62,422 nt of DNA from Welwitschia mirabilis (GCA_051453625.1 JBOZIK010000001.1:1979113-2041534), one strand, 5' to 3'. Positions 40,264 through 53,100 are shown, numbered from the stretch's first letter. The notes: generated from the sequence alone by a model not told the origin. Translations and numbers: made by a program.

Positions 40264-42550
40264 CTGCAATTGTTGGAAGCAAAAATGAAGAAACCTTGGA
40301 AACTTTGAAGTATCAGATCAAATGAATAAAGAGGATACATCAATCACTGAATAAAGCCTACCTAACACTTCAATGGAAGTCAGCCTCTTCTTTGGATCTG
40401 TACAAAGCATTCTTGAAATCAGATCCTTTGCTGCATTCGATATACTACCCCAGGTGTCCTTTGGAAATTGAAGTTTTGCCTCTCTAACTGCATCAAAAAT
40501 CTCTGATTTGGTTTTTCCCCAGAAAGGAGGAATGCCACTGAGCAAAATGTACAAGATAACACCTGCACTCCAGACATCTGCCGCTTGATTGTATCCACCA
40601 GACAAAACTTCGGGAGCTATATAAAATGGGCTTCCAACAGTCCGATGTAATTTCTGCCCTGTTTCACAGAAATATAATCCAAATACAGAGTCAAGTCACA
40701 GAAAAGACAATGCATAAAAAAACTGTCTAGTTGTACTATATCCTCCAGAAACTCCACAATTTCTGGTCCAATTTGTTATTCCTGTGGTTTCTGGCTTATT
40801 TCTGGCACCTCATCCTCGAGGTGCTTATTTCTGGCACCTCATCCTCGAGGCGAGAAAAATACTGTTGCCTTTTCAAGATATCCAAGTTTTATTCCCTCTG
40901 CTACAGTATTAGAATTGGCCGTATGTCAGGTGCTATGCTTTGTAAGTTTGACAGACATGAAATTACTTTTTCCTATATGAGACCTCATTTGGGAATAACA
41001 AAAATATCAAGAAAGAACAATATTCTTATGAGAAACGTGATGATTTTTGACGTTCTCCTAATCTTAAAGCATGGTAGCTTATTTTTCAAGAGTGTGCAGT
41101 GCTCCCTCAAGTTTCCACTATTTACGTAACAAAGTGTACAATTTTCCCTTGAGTTTTTACTGTTTACACAACAAATTCTACTTTCTAAAATGTAGGACAG
41201 GTTAATGCATCATAAGGCCTATGACAAGTAACGGGTAATTGGTATGGTTGGTTGCTGTATGCTGGACCATGTAAAATATATCTTAAACCATACAACAGAG
41301 TTTAACACTTTATACAAAGTGGCTTTCTTAAATCTTAATGTAGGATGGGTAATTTTATGCAGGAAAAAAGCTCATCCTAAAAATTCTGTGTCTTTGACTA
41401 AAACAAAAGCGCAAAGCTTCTCTCAATGTGGGTTTCTGAGAGTGAAAGTTCATACATATTTATTTCTTTAAGAATAGAACCCACAAACTCCAAAAAGCGA
41501 CGTATAACTATTATTCACAACAGATAAGCTGAGTTAAAGAGTCAGATGTCAGTGCCTTAAGGGCGTTTCCCGAAGGACACGAAGGGCATGATTCTATTTC
41601 CTTATAAAAAGTACAGTAATAATCGTGGCTAAAACATCTTTCGAAAAGAGCAATATATCCAAAAAGTAACAACTATCAGAAAGAACTTCACCAAAAAGTC
41701 TTCTTCAGTTCAGTCATGTAAAACTTATTAGGTTAACCATGAAAAGCCGGAAAGAACATGAGACCTATAATTCCAGTGACAATTTCTATTTTGGCTTTGT
41801 TAACTTAAGAAATCAGAATACAGTTCTTGTTCGTGCTAAACATATCCCCTGTTTTCACTCTCTCAGATTGTAAAACACATCTTGAGAAGGGTTGGAAAAA
41901 AAAGAAAACAGACAATAAGGACTAATCAAGAACATGAGTTTTCAGTGCTTACCTGGTGTGAAATATGTAGCAAGGCCAAAGTCTGCAAGCTTGATGGGCG
42001 AAGAAGGAGACTTATTGGTAAGAAGAATGTTCTCAGGCTTAAGATCTCTGTGTACAACTCCATGATCATGGCAGTATCTGACAACCTCCATAAGAGGCTT
42101 GAAAACCCTAGCTGCTTCAGGTTCGCTGTATCTGCCATGCTCCTGCAAGCGCTCAAAAAGCTCTCCGCCGGCGCATAGTTCCATAACCAGATGAACGTAT
42201 TCCTCCTCTTCAAATACAGCCTTCAGAGAAACCACGTTCGGGTGCCCTGAAAGAGCGGACATGATTTCAATCTCCAATTTCACGCTCTTCACATCCTCTG
42301 AAGTAACCAGCCTCTCCTTAGCAATGGATTTGCAGGCTAAAACGTCGCCTGTAACGTTGTCTGTACAGTACCTAATCTTGCCGAACTGCCCAACCCCCAC
42401 CTCATCGCCCAGTTCATATCTGTCCCGCAAACGAGAACTCTGCTCAATTCCCAGAATTGAGCTGCTTCTGTTACTCACTGCTCCCGAATTACTGCTGCGA
42501 TTACCCTTGTGCATCACTGAAACCAGCAATCCATCCCCAGAAAACGCCAT
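39551..42550 (-). CDS. PEPKR1: PEPC kinase-related Ser/Thr protein kinase (PEPKR1-like, CDPK superfamily without EF-hands); join(42550..41953, 40658..40362, 40263..39551), ~535 aa if the 50-N gap is correctly sized
   Basis: Complete kinase motifs GVGQFG, ACKSI, HRDLKPEN, DFG, TVGSPFYIAPE, DVWSAGV. GT-AG introns keep frame (598+297+713 = 1608 nt). C-terminus TIGLGELEQL..SIIRWASCTH..LVC matches my recollection of plant PEPKR1. Confidence 0.92.
40362..40658 (-). CDS. PEPKR1: PEPKR1-like kinase coding exon 2 (GQKLHRTVGSPFY...LTSIEVL)
   Basis: Acceptor aaacag|GG at 40658; donor TTAG|GTAGGC at 40362. Confidence 0.92.
40794..40850. repeat. Exact 28-bp direct repeat (period 29) in kinase intron 1
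   Basis: gcttatttctggcacctcatcctcgagg at 40794-40821 and 40823-40850. Confidence 0.9.
41953..42550 (-). CDS. PEPKR1: PEPKR1-like kinase coding exon 1 (N-terminus to DFGLATYFTP)
   Basis: ATG at 42550; donor CCAG|GTAAGC with the exon ending at 41953. Confidence 0.92.
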
Positions 42551-42558
42551 CAGAATAC

Positions 42559-42693
42559 TTAATGCTGGCCTTGCCTACCAAACCCGCGAAGAGCTACCAA
42601 ACAAGGCAAGCTCCAGCCTATGCTGGCTCTTCTACAGCTCATACATGGTTTCAGTTCTTCGATCCAGCCAATCTAGTGGACGGTTAACAACAT
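42559..42693 (-). promoter_or_regulatory. Three upstream ORFs in the putative kinase 5' leader
   Basis: 42693-42673 MLLTVH*; 42646-42632 MYEL*; 42642-42559 MSCRRASIGWSLPCLVALRGFGRQGQH*, ending 8 nt before the main ATG. Confidence 0.6.
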
Positions 42694-42761
42694 TCCAGAA
42701 AGGAAGCAACAAATGCAGCAACTGGACGCGACCTCTGTAATCTTAACACAATCTAAGCTAC

Positions 42762-42953
42762 CTAAAACAAAAGCCCAACGGCCCTTCCCAGATCTCTGTT
42801 AGGACAAGCAACCGCGGGCCTCTAATTCCAAACCCCAGAAAGGACAAAGCACAGGGAAGACCCAAAAAGAGGCTTGCAACAAACGCAATGTTGAAGGCTG
42901 ATCAACTGAGGGCGGGGAAAATGAAAAGCGGAAAGAAATACGAAGAAGATTAC
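42762..42953 (-). other. Putative 5'-UTR intron of the kinase gene
   Basis: Donor AG|GTAATC at 42953, T-rich body, acceptor ttttgttttag| at 42762. Not confirmed by transcript data. Confidence 0.45.
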
Positions 42954-43329
42954 CTACCCTCGAGTTAAACAGCCAGGACTGGGAGGAAATAAGTCGGAGT
43001 CGCAGTCGCAGGCAGATATGCTTTCACTGCCGGGAACCCAGGGTTGGGAACGGCAACAAGGATAGCCAAGGGGATAAAAAACGCATTATTGATGTATGGA
43101 TAAATTATTAATAGAGAGCAGATATAAAGGAACCAATTACGAGGGTTTCTGCAGACGGAACCTCACTGTTTCTGAAAATAAAATCAGAATCCTCCGCCCT
43201 CGCTTTCTTCCATTCGACAATTTGACTTGATTTTTTCGCTCTCGTCGCAGAGAATTCCAATTAGCCGTTCCTTGTGGGTTTTCAAACGAATGATTCCGAC
43301 TCACAAAATTCCTTTGGAAAATACTAACG

Positions 43330-44120
43330 CGCATGGAATTTGACGTTGAGAAACACTTTCTGGAAATTTGACAGTCAGAAATTGACGTGAAAAATGCGCG
43401 CGTTAAATTCAACTTGTGCCAAAATATTGGAAGTAGGAATCGGGGCCTCCAGTTTCTGCTCTAAGATATGGCAAAAAGTTCTGAAAACGTCAATCTGAAC
43501 GTCAATTTCAGTATCGCAAAGTTTAATGTAGTTTTCATTGTTAACACTACATGTCAAATCCATACCATCGATCACACTTTAAATTAGATATTCATATTTT
43601 AGTTTACGTTGTCTTAACGTGTTAAGGATTAGGGTTTTTAAAAATATTTAAAAAAGGAAACGCCCAAGTTTTACAGAACCCTTTGCTAACCAAAAAAATA
43701 AAAATAAAAATAAAGAACCATTGGAGAAACAAAAAATAAATTAATTAAATTAAAGAGAGACTCCGAAAACGTCGGCGTACTTGCCATTTACGACGTCACG
43801 TCATGTTTGAGTATCGAGTGTTTTCATAAATTAGAGGGCGAAAACCCTTGACGCTAAAAAAACTGAATTACGCTTGGATCTCGACATGGTGTGGGTCCCG
43901 CTGGCCAGGGTGGCACGGCTGTATGCATCACAGTGATGGAATGTGCGGACCCTCGCATTTGCATGCGCATGGCACCCGACGTGTGAAGCAGATGACGTGG
44001 CAATGGTGCCACCTTGGCCATGTGGCTTTTCCTTTGCTTTCATCATTGCTCTGTGGGAACGGTGATTCCCTTTGAATTCCTAAGCCGATGTGATGCTTCA
44101 CACTGACGTCATCTTCATCA
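43330..44120. promoter_or_regulatory. CpG-retaining upstream region with clustered TGACG/ACGT (bZIP-type) motifs
   Basis: tgacgt at 43341 and 43383; gacgtcacgtca at 43792-43803; tgacgtggca (ABRE-like) at 43993-44002; tgacgtca (C-box) at 44104-44111. Confidence 0.4.
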
Positions 44121-46344
44121 TTAGACCTTTCGCAAAATGTTAATGGTGAGCTGACATAACGATGGCTTGTGTTTTGCTTATTCTTTTTCGGAGCTGGCTA
44201 AACAGTCTAATATCTCATATTAAATGAGGTGTACAGCTGCAATGCACACCACAAGTTTCAAATTCTCTGACACTGTGTCATCACCTCAATGCATATAGTA
44301 CATAACTTGGGAGGCAGTTTAGCTTCTTCGTTCTTTTTCACGACATAGAATTCGCATCTCCCTCATAATTAAATGATTTTGATAATGCTTAACCATTATG
44401 ATTTTACTAATGCTTTACTATGATCTTTGCTAAGCCACATGAAAACCCAGATGCTTGAAAATGGACTATTCAAGCAACTAGCTAATGACTCCATTAGCAC
44501 CCATGGTNNNNNNNNNNAATTAATTAGTTTATATGTTAATCTACAATAGGAAACTACTCACAATATGGGACTTTCTTTTTCTTTTTAAGTGAAGCTATAT
44601 AATAACAATTTTATGTTTGTTTAATGCTTAAGAAAATGATGGTGACATTTCCATCTTCATTATCATTTTCCTAAGCATTTCCGTATTTCTCATTTCTTTT
44701 TGTTGCCTTTCAACCTACTTTAATAGGCACCATTAGGTATCACTATCAAATTATTTTATTCATATTAAATTAACAATTTATCTTTCTGAGGTCTACTTAA
44801 ATAAACATTATGATATTCAATGTTTTCATCATATTATCATTATGTTTTTAACATGTTTATTAGACTCAACCTCACCACTAAACACTTTTAGGTTGCTAGA
44901 CTTGAACTTGACATCTCAGATGAACACAACTCCACAAATTCATTATAAACTCTAAAAGTCAAGATTTCAACCGTTGAACTTGGAAAGTCAAAAAAGTTTG
45001 ATATTTCATACAATTTTCTTTTTCAAAGATATTCTTAAGTAACCAAATGTGGGTAATAACATTTTAAGTAATAAATAATAAGACAACTAATAGAGTTGGT
45101 AAAATATTACAATTAATATGAAATTAATACATGATGTATAATTAGTTACACAAAAAACTATTATGTAAAGGAAAGTTAGTTACAAAATATTCGCTTCAGT
45201 TCGTTTCTTTAAGAAGTGTCAAATCCTAAATAGTAATTTTATATTAACCTTCAAAAACATCCAAAATATACCATAAGTACAAGAAGCTTGTGATAAGGCC
45301 ATGAAGATAGTGTAACTTACAACCAAAAAATAAAACAAAAATTCAAGTGACTAGGTAATACATCATCATAACCAAGCACAAAGTATTTAAAAGTAATGAA
45401 AGAACTTGAAGCATCCTTTGCTACGTGATTCTTGAGTGGTATAAAAGCAAATCTCATAGCCTTTGCTTTATCCTTAGTTGCGGGCTTTGTAAGGACTACC
45501 ATGGAAGTCTAAACACAAAGTATATGCTATGAACCAATAAATTTTGAGGTGACACCCATGAAAGTAGGAAAGCCACATCCAATGAATATTCTAAGAGCAG
45601 GAAGAGACAATTGAGCTCCAACTGCTTTTTTTTTTTTTTTTTTTGGAAAATAGTAGCCTTAAATCTTAAATCTACCAAAATAGACTTATTAATTCTTTGA
45701 TAAGCACAATTGCATTAATGTTTCTAAATTGTGTGAATGATTTAGGGTCTAAAAGAATCAAAATAGATTGGAAGAGTGGGTAAATCTCCCTGAAGAACAT
45801 GCTCTTAATTTGGATGAAATCCTTAAAAGGGTATCAAAACTCATGTCCAAGCGTTTCTAGTCATAAAGTAATTGATGAAGTAATGTTGACAACTATGTTC
45901 ATCATTGTACAAGGAGTAGATAGTAGTCACAAATCTTAGATGGAGAATCCGCCTACTAATAGGTAGAATATGATGATAATATTCCACAAAAAGTGCTATT
46001 CGTTTGGTAAAGCAAGTAATTTTCAGATGCTTTAAGCCCTTGATATCCATTACCTCTCTGATTTTAAGGTGTGTCATATTTATTACATTGATTGTTAATA
46101 GATTTGTCCTCCAAAAGTATATAAGTTTTTTTTTTTTTTTTTTGTTTGCTTGATAAGGACACAAAAAATTGTAATCCTTCCACTGTGATGAGTTTAGAAG
46201 TAAAACATGATTATCTTGAACATGGACTACATTGGAAATCTAAGAAATAAAGTATACATGTTTTATTTTTAATCACATCCATTAATTACCCAAGAAAAAA
46301 CATGAAAGAGAAACCACATCACATTAAACTAATGAGTTGTCAAC

Positions 46345-47479
46345 TATTTGCATGCTAAAATTAACACATTAAGCAAGTATAATTGATTCATTTAGCATAA
46401 GGAAAGACAATTTATTGATTTATCATGAAATGATGTCTTCTATTGTTTTTAAAATAAAATTTAATATTATGTTTTTCTCCATAATAATTGCAAGTCTTTA
46501 GCCATGTTTTACAATGCATGGTAGAAGATGAACATAATTTCACATATAATAATAGTGGCAATGGATAAATGAGGTGGCGACATGTAGCTATAGCATTGGA
46601 AGACATGTGGCAGAGGTATGAGAAGGCTATAGTAGAGACATCTGGCAATAGCATCAGTTGATAAAGGAATCCAACTCTAATGTGTTGGACTCATCATAAC
46701 AAAGATTCCACCAAACACTATATGACAATCTTTATTAAACACTACAAAATAGCCTCCACCAAGTGCTAAATGACAAAGATCCTACTTAATGTTAGAGGAT
46801 AAAATCTTATCTACTTAATGGTACAAGACAACTTATATCAAATACTATAAGACAACTTACACCAAATGCTACAAGACAGAATCTTATCTACCCAAGGCCA
46901 AATGATGAAGTTTCTACCTAACGCTACAATTTAAGAGCTTGTAACCACTGCCCTTCTACTGAATACTATAATCAAAAAGCTTGTAAATGCTCCTCGCCCT
47001 AATCTCTTCCTATAAAAGGGCCTTGAACCCTTAATTGTATTTATCTTTTGGTTGGAAAACTTAGGGAAGACTTAAAGTCTTGGATGTTACGATGTTGTAA
47101 TACTTCTTGGGGGTAGAATGCTCAAGGCTAGTAAAGCTTACTTAACTGTCAAATTTTTTCGAATATGTGAGTTGTCTAAACTTACTTTTGTAATTTATAG
47201 TGCCTATTGTTTAATGGATCTTGTGCAGTTTGATTCATACTTTCATGCTTATAAAGGACTATGAAGTAGCAAGAGAACTTGATAACTCACCAACACACCA
47301 ACGCTCGTGCGGTGGATTAGATTATGCATCCGTGCCGAGCCTTAACGACTTAACGATTTAGTGTATGTTTCAAATACAAGGATAATTAGAGTAAAGGAGG
47401 AGAGATGGATGAAGCACTGGATCCTTAAAGCATTTCCAATCTCTTGTGTTGCTAATTGAAGATCACTTTCTTTCTCTCA

Positions 47480-47510
<31 letters not shown>

Positions 47511-47647
47511 CTTCTTCTTGGTTTGATTTTTTATTGCAAGTAGAATAGTCTTATATATTTTGATTAATTTACCTCATACATCCCTGTGGGAGAATGATAC
47601 TAAATGTTTCATTTAGTTTAAATCCAGACACTGTACTGCAATTAACA
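46345..47647 (+). mobile_element. Solo or isolated LTR related to the Athila-like LTR at ~16-18.4 kb
   Basis: Shares ordered blocks with the reverse complement of 15990-18397: gatttatcat..tcttctatt, cttgtaaccact, ctataaaa.ggcctt, tccct.tg..gagaatgatact. No TSD recognised. Confidence 0.6.
47481..47519. repeat. (CTT)13 microsatellite
   Basis: Direct reading of the sequence. Confidence 0.95.
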
Positions 47648-49056
47648 ATAAGGAATTAAACCACATCTCATCCTAAGTACTAATGCAATTTGTTTAATTT
47701 CAATAAGGTGGTTGTATGGGTCCTCATTACATGCCCATGGAATGTAGGATACATGAAAAGATTGTGAATTCGTCATCATCTAGAATTAGTAATAGAATTG
47801 GATTATTGGGTCTATTTTTCTTATCGTACAAGAAGCCTTTTAATGAAGCATTATATCTATTTGAAGTGCTCCTTTTATTATTTAAAGGAGGTCTTATTGG
47901 ATGAGAAGATGTGGTTGGAGGAGAAGTTTTATTATGAGTAAATGTTGGTCAGTTAGGCAAGGAATGATATTGATAATCATAGGGTGTTTCTTCAAATTCA
48001 ACACTATCAAGTTCATATTCAATGGGAATAAGAATTTCTGATGACTCACTAAAGGAAGGTTCTTGATATGCCTCATCTCTATGTAAATCTAGTCTAGGCT
48101 CATGGGGTTGTTTATAATCAAACAATCCATCTTTAACATTTTCTCTAATTAATCTTTGATTACTGCTCAACCCTTGAGGTATATGAAGACATGAAAATGT
48201 TGGTTGCTACAAATCTTACTAGATGAAAACAAGGATAATAAAAGCACAAATAAAATTCTTCACTCCATCGAATGCAAGGTGTGCGAGTGCACACGGCCTC
48301 AATCACCAAGTTCATGCAAGGTGGATTTATTAATGATTAGAAAAATAAAATAAGAAAAACACAACTATGGAAGGGTAGAGTAATCAAACTCAAGTAGATA
48401 TTGTCTATGTTACAAGATTCAGACTCACCACCCGACTCGACTAAAGGAAAAAACTTGTGACTTAGCTCGACTCATAAGCCAACTTGGCACAAACATAGAA
48501 GTCACAAAGAGTTAGTAAAGAGTTATTTTTTAGTATTTTAAATATAATTCTAAGGATTTTAGTGACATGTTTAGACTTCCTATACTACATTAAGACATTT
48601 AGATGTAAAATATATGATTCATTAACATGTTTTATAGAATAGTTTTGTAAAACATAACTATAAGAAAAAATTTTATAATTTTCAACATGAAAAACTAAAT
48701 TATAAATCAAAAGTTCCAAGACCCATATCCCATTAGTTACATAAAAAATCTAGCCAGATAGGTATACCAAAAGGCTAAATTCATGCTATTCACTCTATTC
48801 AAAATATGTTTTGTCTAAGTCTTCATCCTTAATTTTTTCATCATTATCATCATCATCAGATGATTCAAATCATATTCCTACTTTGAAATAGAGTAGTTTA
48901 ACAAGTGAAAACTATGAAAAACAACATAAAAAAGAATAATAAGCAATAAATACATACTAAAATAAGAAAAACATATTTATAAATTTCATTGTTTGGATTT
49001 CGCAGGCTACTTTGCACTCCAAAAATCTTCTCTCCCAATCCAAGATGAGTGAAATT

Positions 49057-49627
49057 TGTTAGGAAATGAAGGCACCCTAGAAGGAGGGGTGAATAGGGTA
49101 TTTTAAATTTATTTCACAATAATAGAATTTTAGATCTAGAAACCAATAAGAATAAATTAGCAGAAATAAGAAAAGATAATGCAAGACAAGTGCATCAGAT
49201 TACTCCACTCTCAGGAGGCAGCAAACTACTTTCAGCCTTCTAGTTCCTTCGTCTCCAAACGGATCTTATTACTACTCCTTTACACAGAGTTCATATAATC
49301 ATGTCTGACTCTACTCACTACTCAAATCCTTGAGCCACTTACAAACAGAATATGAAAAGATGTTGCTTAATACAATCGTTCCTAACTCTAGCACTGTTCA
49401 TCAGCATTTAAGTACACAATGAATAATCTTCTAAGGAAGATGGATTTGTCAATACATTGTAATAACTTTTAGAAATGAAGCAAGTTCAATACAAAATAAT
49501 TTTAGTAATGCACAAAAATATCCTTTTTCAATCTAGTGCATACTTTACAAAACAAGAGAGAGGTATTTAAAGAGAAGAAGAATAACTAGGGTTTAGATCC
49601 TTGAACTATGTGACAGATGACTAAAAG
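49057..49627 (-). mobile_element. Sirevirus-type LTR fragment (3' end), truncated by a gap
   Basis: ctagaaggaggggtgaataggg at ~49077 is the reverse complement of the ATTCACCCC..CTAG LTR-end motif seen at 31441 and ~11422. Confidence 0.6.
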
Positions 49628-49727
49628 NNNNNNNNNNNNNNNNNNNNNNNNNNNNNNNNNNNNNNNNNNNNNNNNNNNNNNNNNNNNNNNNNNNNNNNNN
49701 NNNNNNNNNNNNNNNNNNNNNNNNNNN

Positions 49728-49940
49728 CCTTAAAAAGCCTCGTCTTAAAAGCCTGTATGCTTTTAAGGCATGCCTTAAAAACGTATTTGAGGCGTTTGTA
49801 TATAAAATGCCTTAAAAGGCTTTTAAGGTGTATTCAACATGTTTTACAAAATAACTGCCTAAAACCAATTTTGAGGTGTTTTTTTACGTAAACGCCACAA
49901 AATGTTTTTGAGGTTTCCTAGCAAATAAACACCTTAAAAT
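49728..49940. repeat. CACTA (En/Spm)-like subterminal repeat cluster
   Basis: A ~12-bp motif TTTTGAGGCGTTT / AAACGCCTTAAAA recurs in alternating orientations (e.g. 49786, 49806, 49869, 49889, 49927), with a perfect palindrome ttttaaggcatgccttaaaa at 49761-49780. The actual terminus would fall in the adjacent gap. Confidence 0.6.
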
Positions 49941-50499
49941 ATGTAACTTTAAGGGGGAAAATGAACCACTTGAGTCCATTAACCTAGAAATTTGCTTCTA
50001 GTGTTTCAAAAATATTATTAGATTTAATTTGAAAATAAATCATTTATTTCTTAATGGTTTGTAGTTATGTTTTATCATGATGACTATTATAGATTCAAGT
50101 TTCATTATGAAGTATCATTAGTTGATAAAATTTNNNNNNNNNNNNNNNNNNNNNNNNNNNNNNNNNNNNNNNNNNNNNNNNNNNNNNNNNNNNNNNNNNN
50201 NNNNNNNNNNNNNNNNNNNNNNNNNNNNNNNNNTAAAATGTCTTAAAAAACATGAAAATAGCTTTTCAATTAAACAGAGCTTTAGACTATAGGCATTCCA
50301 TGGGTAATCCGTAACTAAATTTACAAATTCTTGAATTCATACATTGATGTTCTCTATGTCCTTTCAATTCACTAAGTTATTCAGAAGGTGTAATGGAAAA
50401 TATTGATGTATTTTAACATTAATCTATTTGTATATTATGTTGATTTCTTTGAAATTCATATTTGTGTTTTTGATTTTAGGTAGTAGGATTTCCAATGAA

Positions 50500-51050
50500 A
50501 ATAGTACAGCAATTGAGAAATAGGATTCCAGTGGGAACTGCATCTTACTTAGAAAGGTTGGAGCTATTAGATCATTTAAGCAGGCAAAAGTTAAAAAATG
50601 AAACTTTAATTTTTTTAAAAAAAGGGAACTTCACTTATAAAGTAGATGGATTACTTGTTCAAACATGTAAGACCAATCAGGATCATCCACAAGAGGTGAG
50701 ACAGTGCCATCATAATCAAGGAAAACAATAATTTCTTTGCCTTCCAAGATATTGGGCTCCTGGAAAATGGATAATCCAGATGGATGTTCATCCTGAAATG
50801 CCATTCAATGTAATACCCAACGAACATCCAGAAGAAGCTTCATAATCATAATCATTTTCATAAGCAAATATTGTTGATCCATGTCAAATAAAGGCTGTAT
50901 TTATGACCCATTTATAGTAAGTTGTTTCCTTGTCTATATGAGTGGGAGATAAAGTTTTTATTGCTTGTATTGTATTCTTAATTCTTTCTTCCACTGCAAG
51001 GGACTTGCTAATAGGTTTTCTTGCCCTTCACACTGAGTTTAATTGTAAAT
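50500..51050 (-). pseudogene. Trehalose-6-phosphate phosphatase (TPP) gene fragment, N-terminal exons only
   Basis: Open 138-nt exon 50792-50655 with AG/GT ends: DEHPSGLSIFQEPNILEGKEIIVFLDYDGTVSPLVDDPDWSYMFEQ (HAD motif DYDGT). Upstream relic IQAIKTLSPTH..YYKWV resembles SMRASSPTH; downstream relic DAV..SYFSIAV. Confidence 0.85.
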
Positions 51051-52719
51051 GGCCCACAACAAAATTAGATTACCAAAATCAAATAAGAAAATAGTTGTTG
51101 TTCATAATTCATGATCACAATAAAAAGTTTTGGAAAATAGTTAAAATTCTTAGGCAAAGAATGAAAGCATTAAACTCTTTTCAAAATTAAATTAGATATT
51201 GAAAAAAATAATTAACAATGTACATGGTTTTAAAAACACTAAAAAATCATTCCATATGGATTTGGTTTTCAGAATTAAACTCTTTCCTGATTGTCATCGA
51301 AAATGAGCTTAGATTCTACCACACAGAAACAACATAAACAAGATTACAATTTCAAGAGTTTTTTCTAACATGTAGAAACCTTAGATTTGATAGGCTAAAA
51401 TTCTGAAACTTCCATGAATAGGAGGATTCCAAGAGACAAATTTAAAGAAAATAATCTATTTTGTGAAAATTAAGAATCAAGATCTAGATTATCATATTCA
51501 TCTCAACCACTAATTCTAATCAGAAGATGCAGAACTAAGAAATAAATATTTTGTTGGATTTTAAGAATTGAATCAAAGACAGTCATAATTTAAATCCAAG
51601 CAAAGAGGAAAAGTAGGTCTAACCTGTGATTCCAAAGAAGCTTTTACATACATTTGTACGGATATGGATCTATAAAAGGTTGCCTTCTCTCATAGATATT
51701 AACTCAATGATAACCAATTTTCTGTTGTGTTTTATAAGGTAAAGCATCTCATACAAGACAGTATATAATTTGTTGTTGATACTTAAAAGTATTATTTGCT
51801 ATTATATATGTTATTTGCTTATGCCTTATGAACCTTAGCATAATTGTGCTTATGGAGCTAATCATATTTCTGGCCCATAGAGTTTGCCCATTAGTTTTTC
51901 AGTGTTCTCAATTCCATTAAAAAAGGTCACAATTAAGATAGGTTAGTTGTCTCTTTTTTATGAAGAGAACCTTTTGGCAGAGCTATGGGATAGATCATAT
52001 CCATACTATAAAAGTTGAAAGGAGCATAAAAAAACTTCCTAGTTGACTCTTGGCATAACCTTCTAGACCATGATTGGGTAAAGTTGTTTAAATTCAAAGG
52101 ATATTATGGGTATGATAAAAGAGCAAAATTAAGGTTACATAAAAGTAGAGTCCATAGCTCTTTGATCCACTATAGACAAAACTAAATTATGCTATTGAAA
52201 AACACCCTGGTTTAAAACCCCTCTATCTTGATAGTGCCTAACATTCAATAATTACAGCCAGTACATTTAGAAAATGTAATTAAAAAGATCCTTTAAAACA
52301 CCATGTTTTACCATTTCAACCATTTCTTTTGTAAGTTGTATGCCTTCAATTTTTATAACTGCTTGTGTCATACTTCATCTTAATGATAAGAATTTGCACC
52401 TATATAAAAATAACCATATACAAAAATCTCCTGCAAAAGTCCCATACAGTACAAAAATTCAAGAGAAGTTAAGAATTAAAGATGCAATAAAACCACTAGG
52501 GTTTCAACTTCTTCAAATAAACAATAATGTAGAGATGTTTAGAAGGGAAGACCTATGCATAGTTATTGAGGGAAATTGTTAAAAGTTCGCAAACATGAAA
52601 AATAGCTACCAACACAAATAAGATTGAATTATCAATAATAACATAGTGCAAGTCAAACCACCAATGGATTTTCATTAACTACCTTCTTATTTCAGGACTA
52701 CAATAAGTCACAAAAAGAG

Positions 52720-53100
52720 GAGTTGATGGCCAACTAGGGGATTCAACAAGAAGCAAAATATGACAGCAAGCCATTAAAGAAGTTCAAAGGAAAGGGAAGC
52801 GCAGTGAGAGACTAGAAGCCATCTCCAAGTAGAGCCATCAAGAAAAGAAAATCCTAATTTGAGCAGTTCCCTAGAAAATCAACTTAACTACCATAGGGTA
52901 GCAATAGNNNNNNNNNNAGTATACATGGTTCATCTCTAGAATTGAAGTCACTCAAGTGACTAAATGATAGTGTGCCAAGCCATAGTGATGTCAAGATCAA
53001 GGCCAGCGACATGCCAGCATGGTATTTGTGCTAATATGGACATCCACTAAACACAATTATGTCTGAGATCATAGCACAAGTCTAGTTTTCATTTGCAACA
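52720..53100 (-). pseudogene. Possible LRR receptor-like gene fragment
   Basis: Degenerate N*TC..NCV*W..HVAGLDL (LRR N-cap-like) followed by LGNCSN and L..L.L..FN.L..IP-like patterns; many stops. Confidence 0.35.

Noticed and set aside
39551-42550. Calling the kinase a true calcium-dependent protein kinase (CPK)
   Set aside because: No junction domain or EF-hand motifs follow the kinase domain; the tail is PEPKR-type.
39406-42740. Plus-strand and alternative-frame ORFs over the kinase (39661, 39726, 40731, 41882, 42261, 42457, etc.)
   Set aside because: Antisense or intronic shadows with no recognisable motifs.
45300-46170. Minus-strand ORFs 45317-45502, 45496-45678 and 45841-46164 as a gene
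   Set aside because: No recognisable motif, and they run through homopolymer tracts; a decayed exon relic cannot be excluded.
47650-48500. Acidic ORF 47949-48170 and adjacent LTR-like sequence
   Set aside because: Probably TE debris, but I could not assign a family or boundaries.
46700-49940. CRISPR-like interpretation of the short repeat arrays
   Set aside because: Repeats are degenerate, irregularly spaced or in both orientations, with no unique constant-length spacers and no cas genes; eukaryotic TE context.
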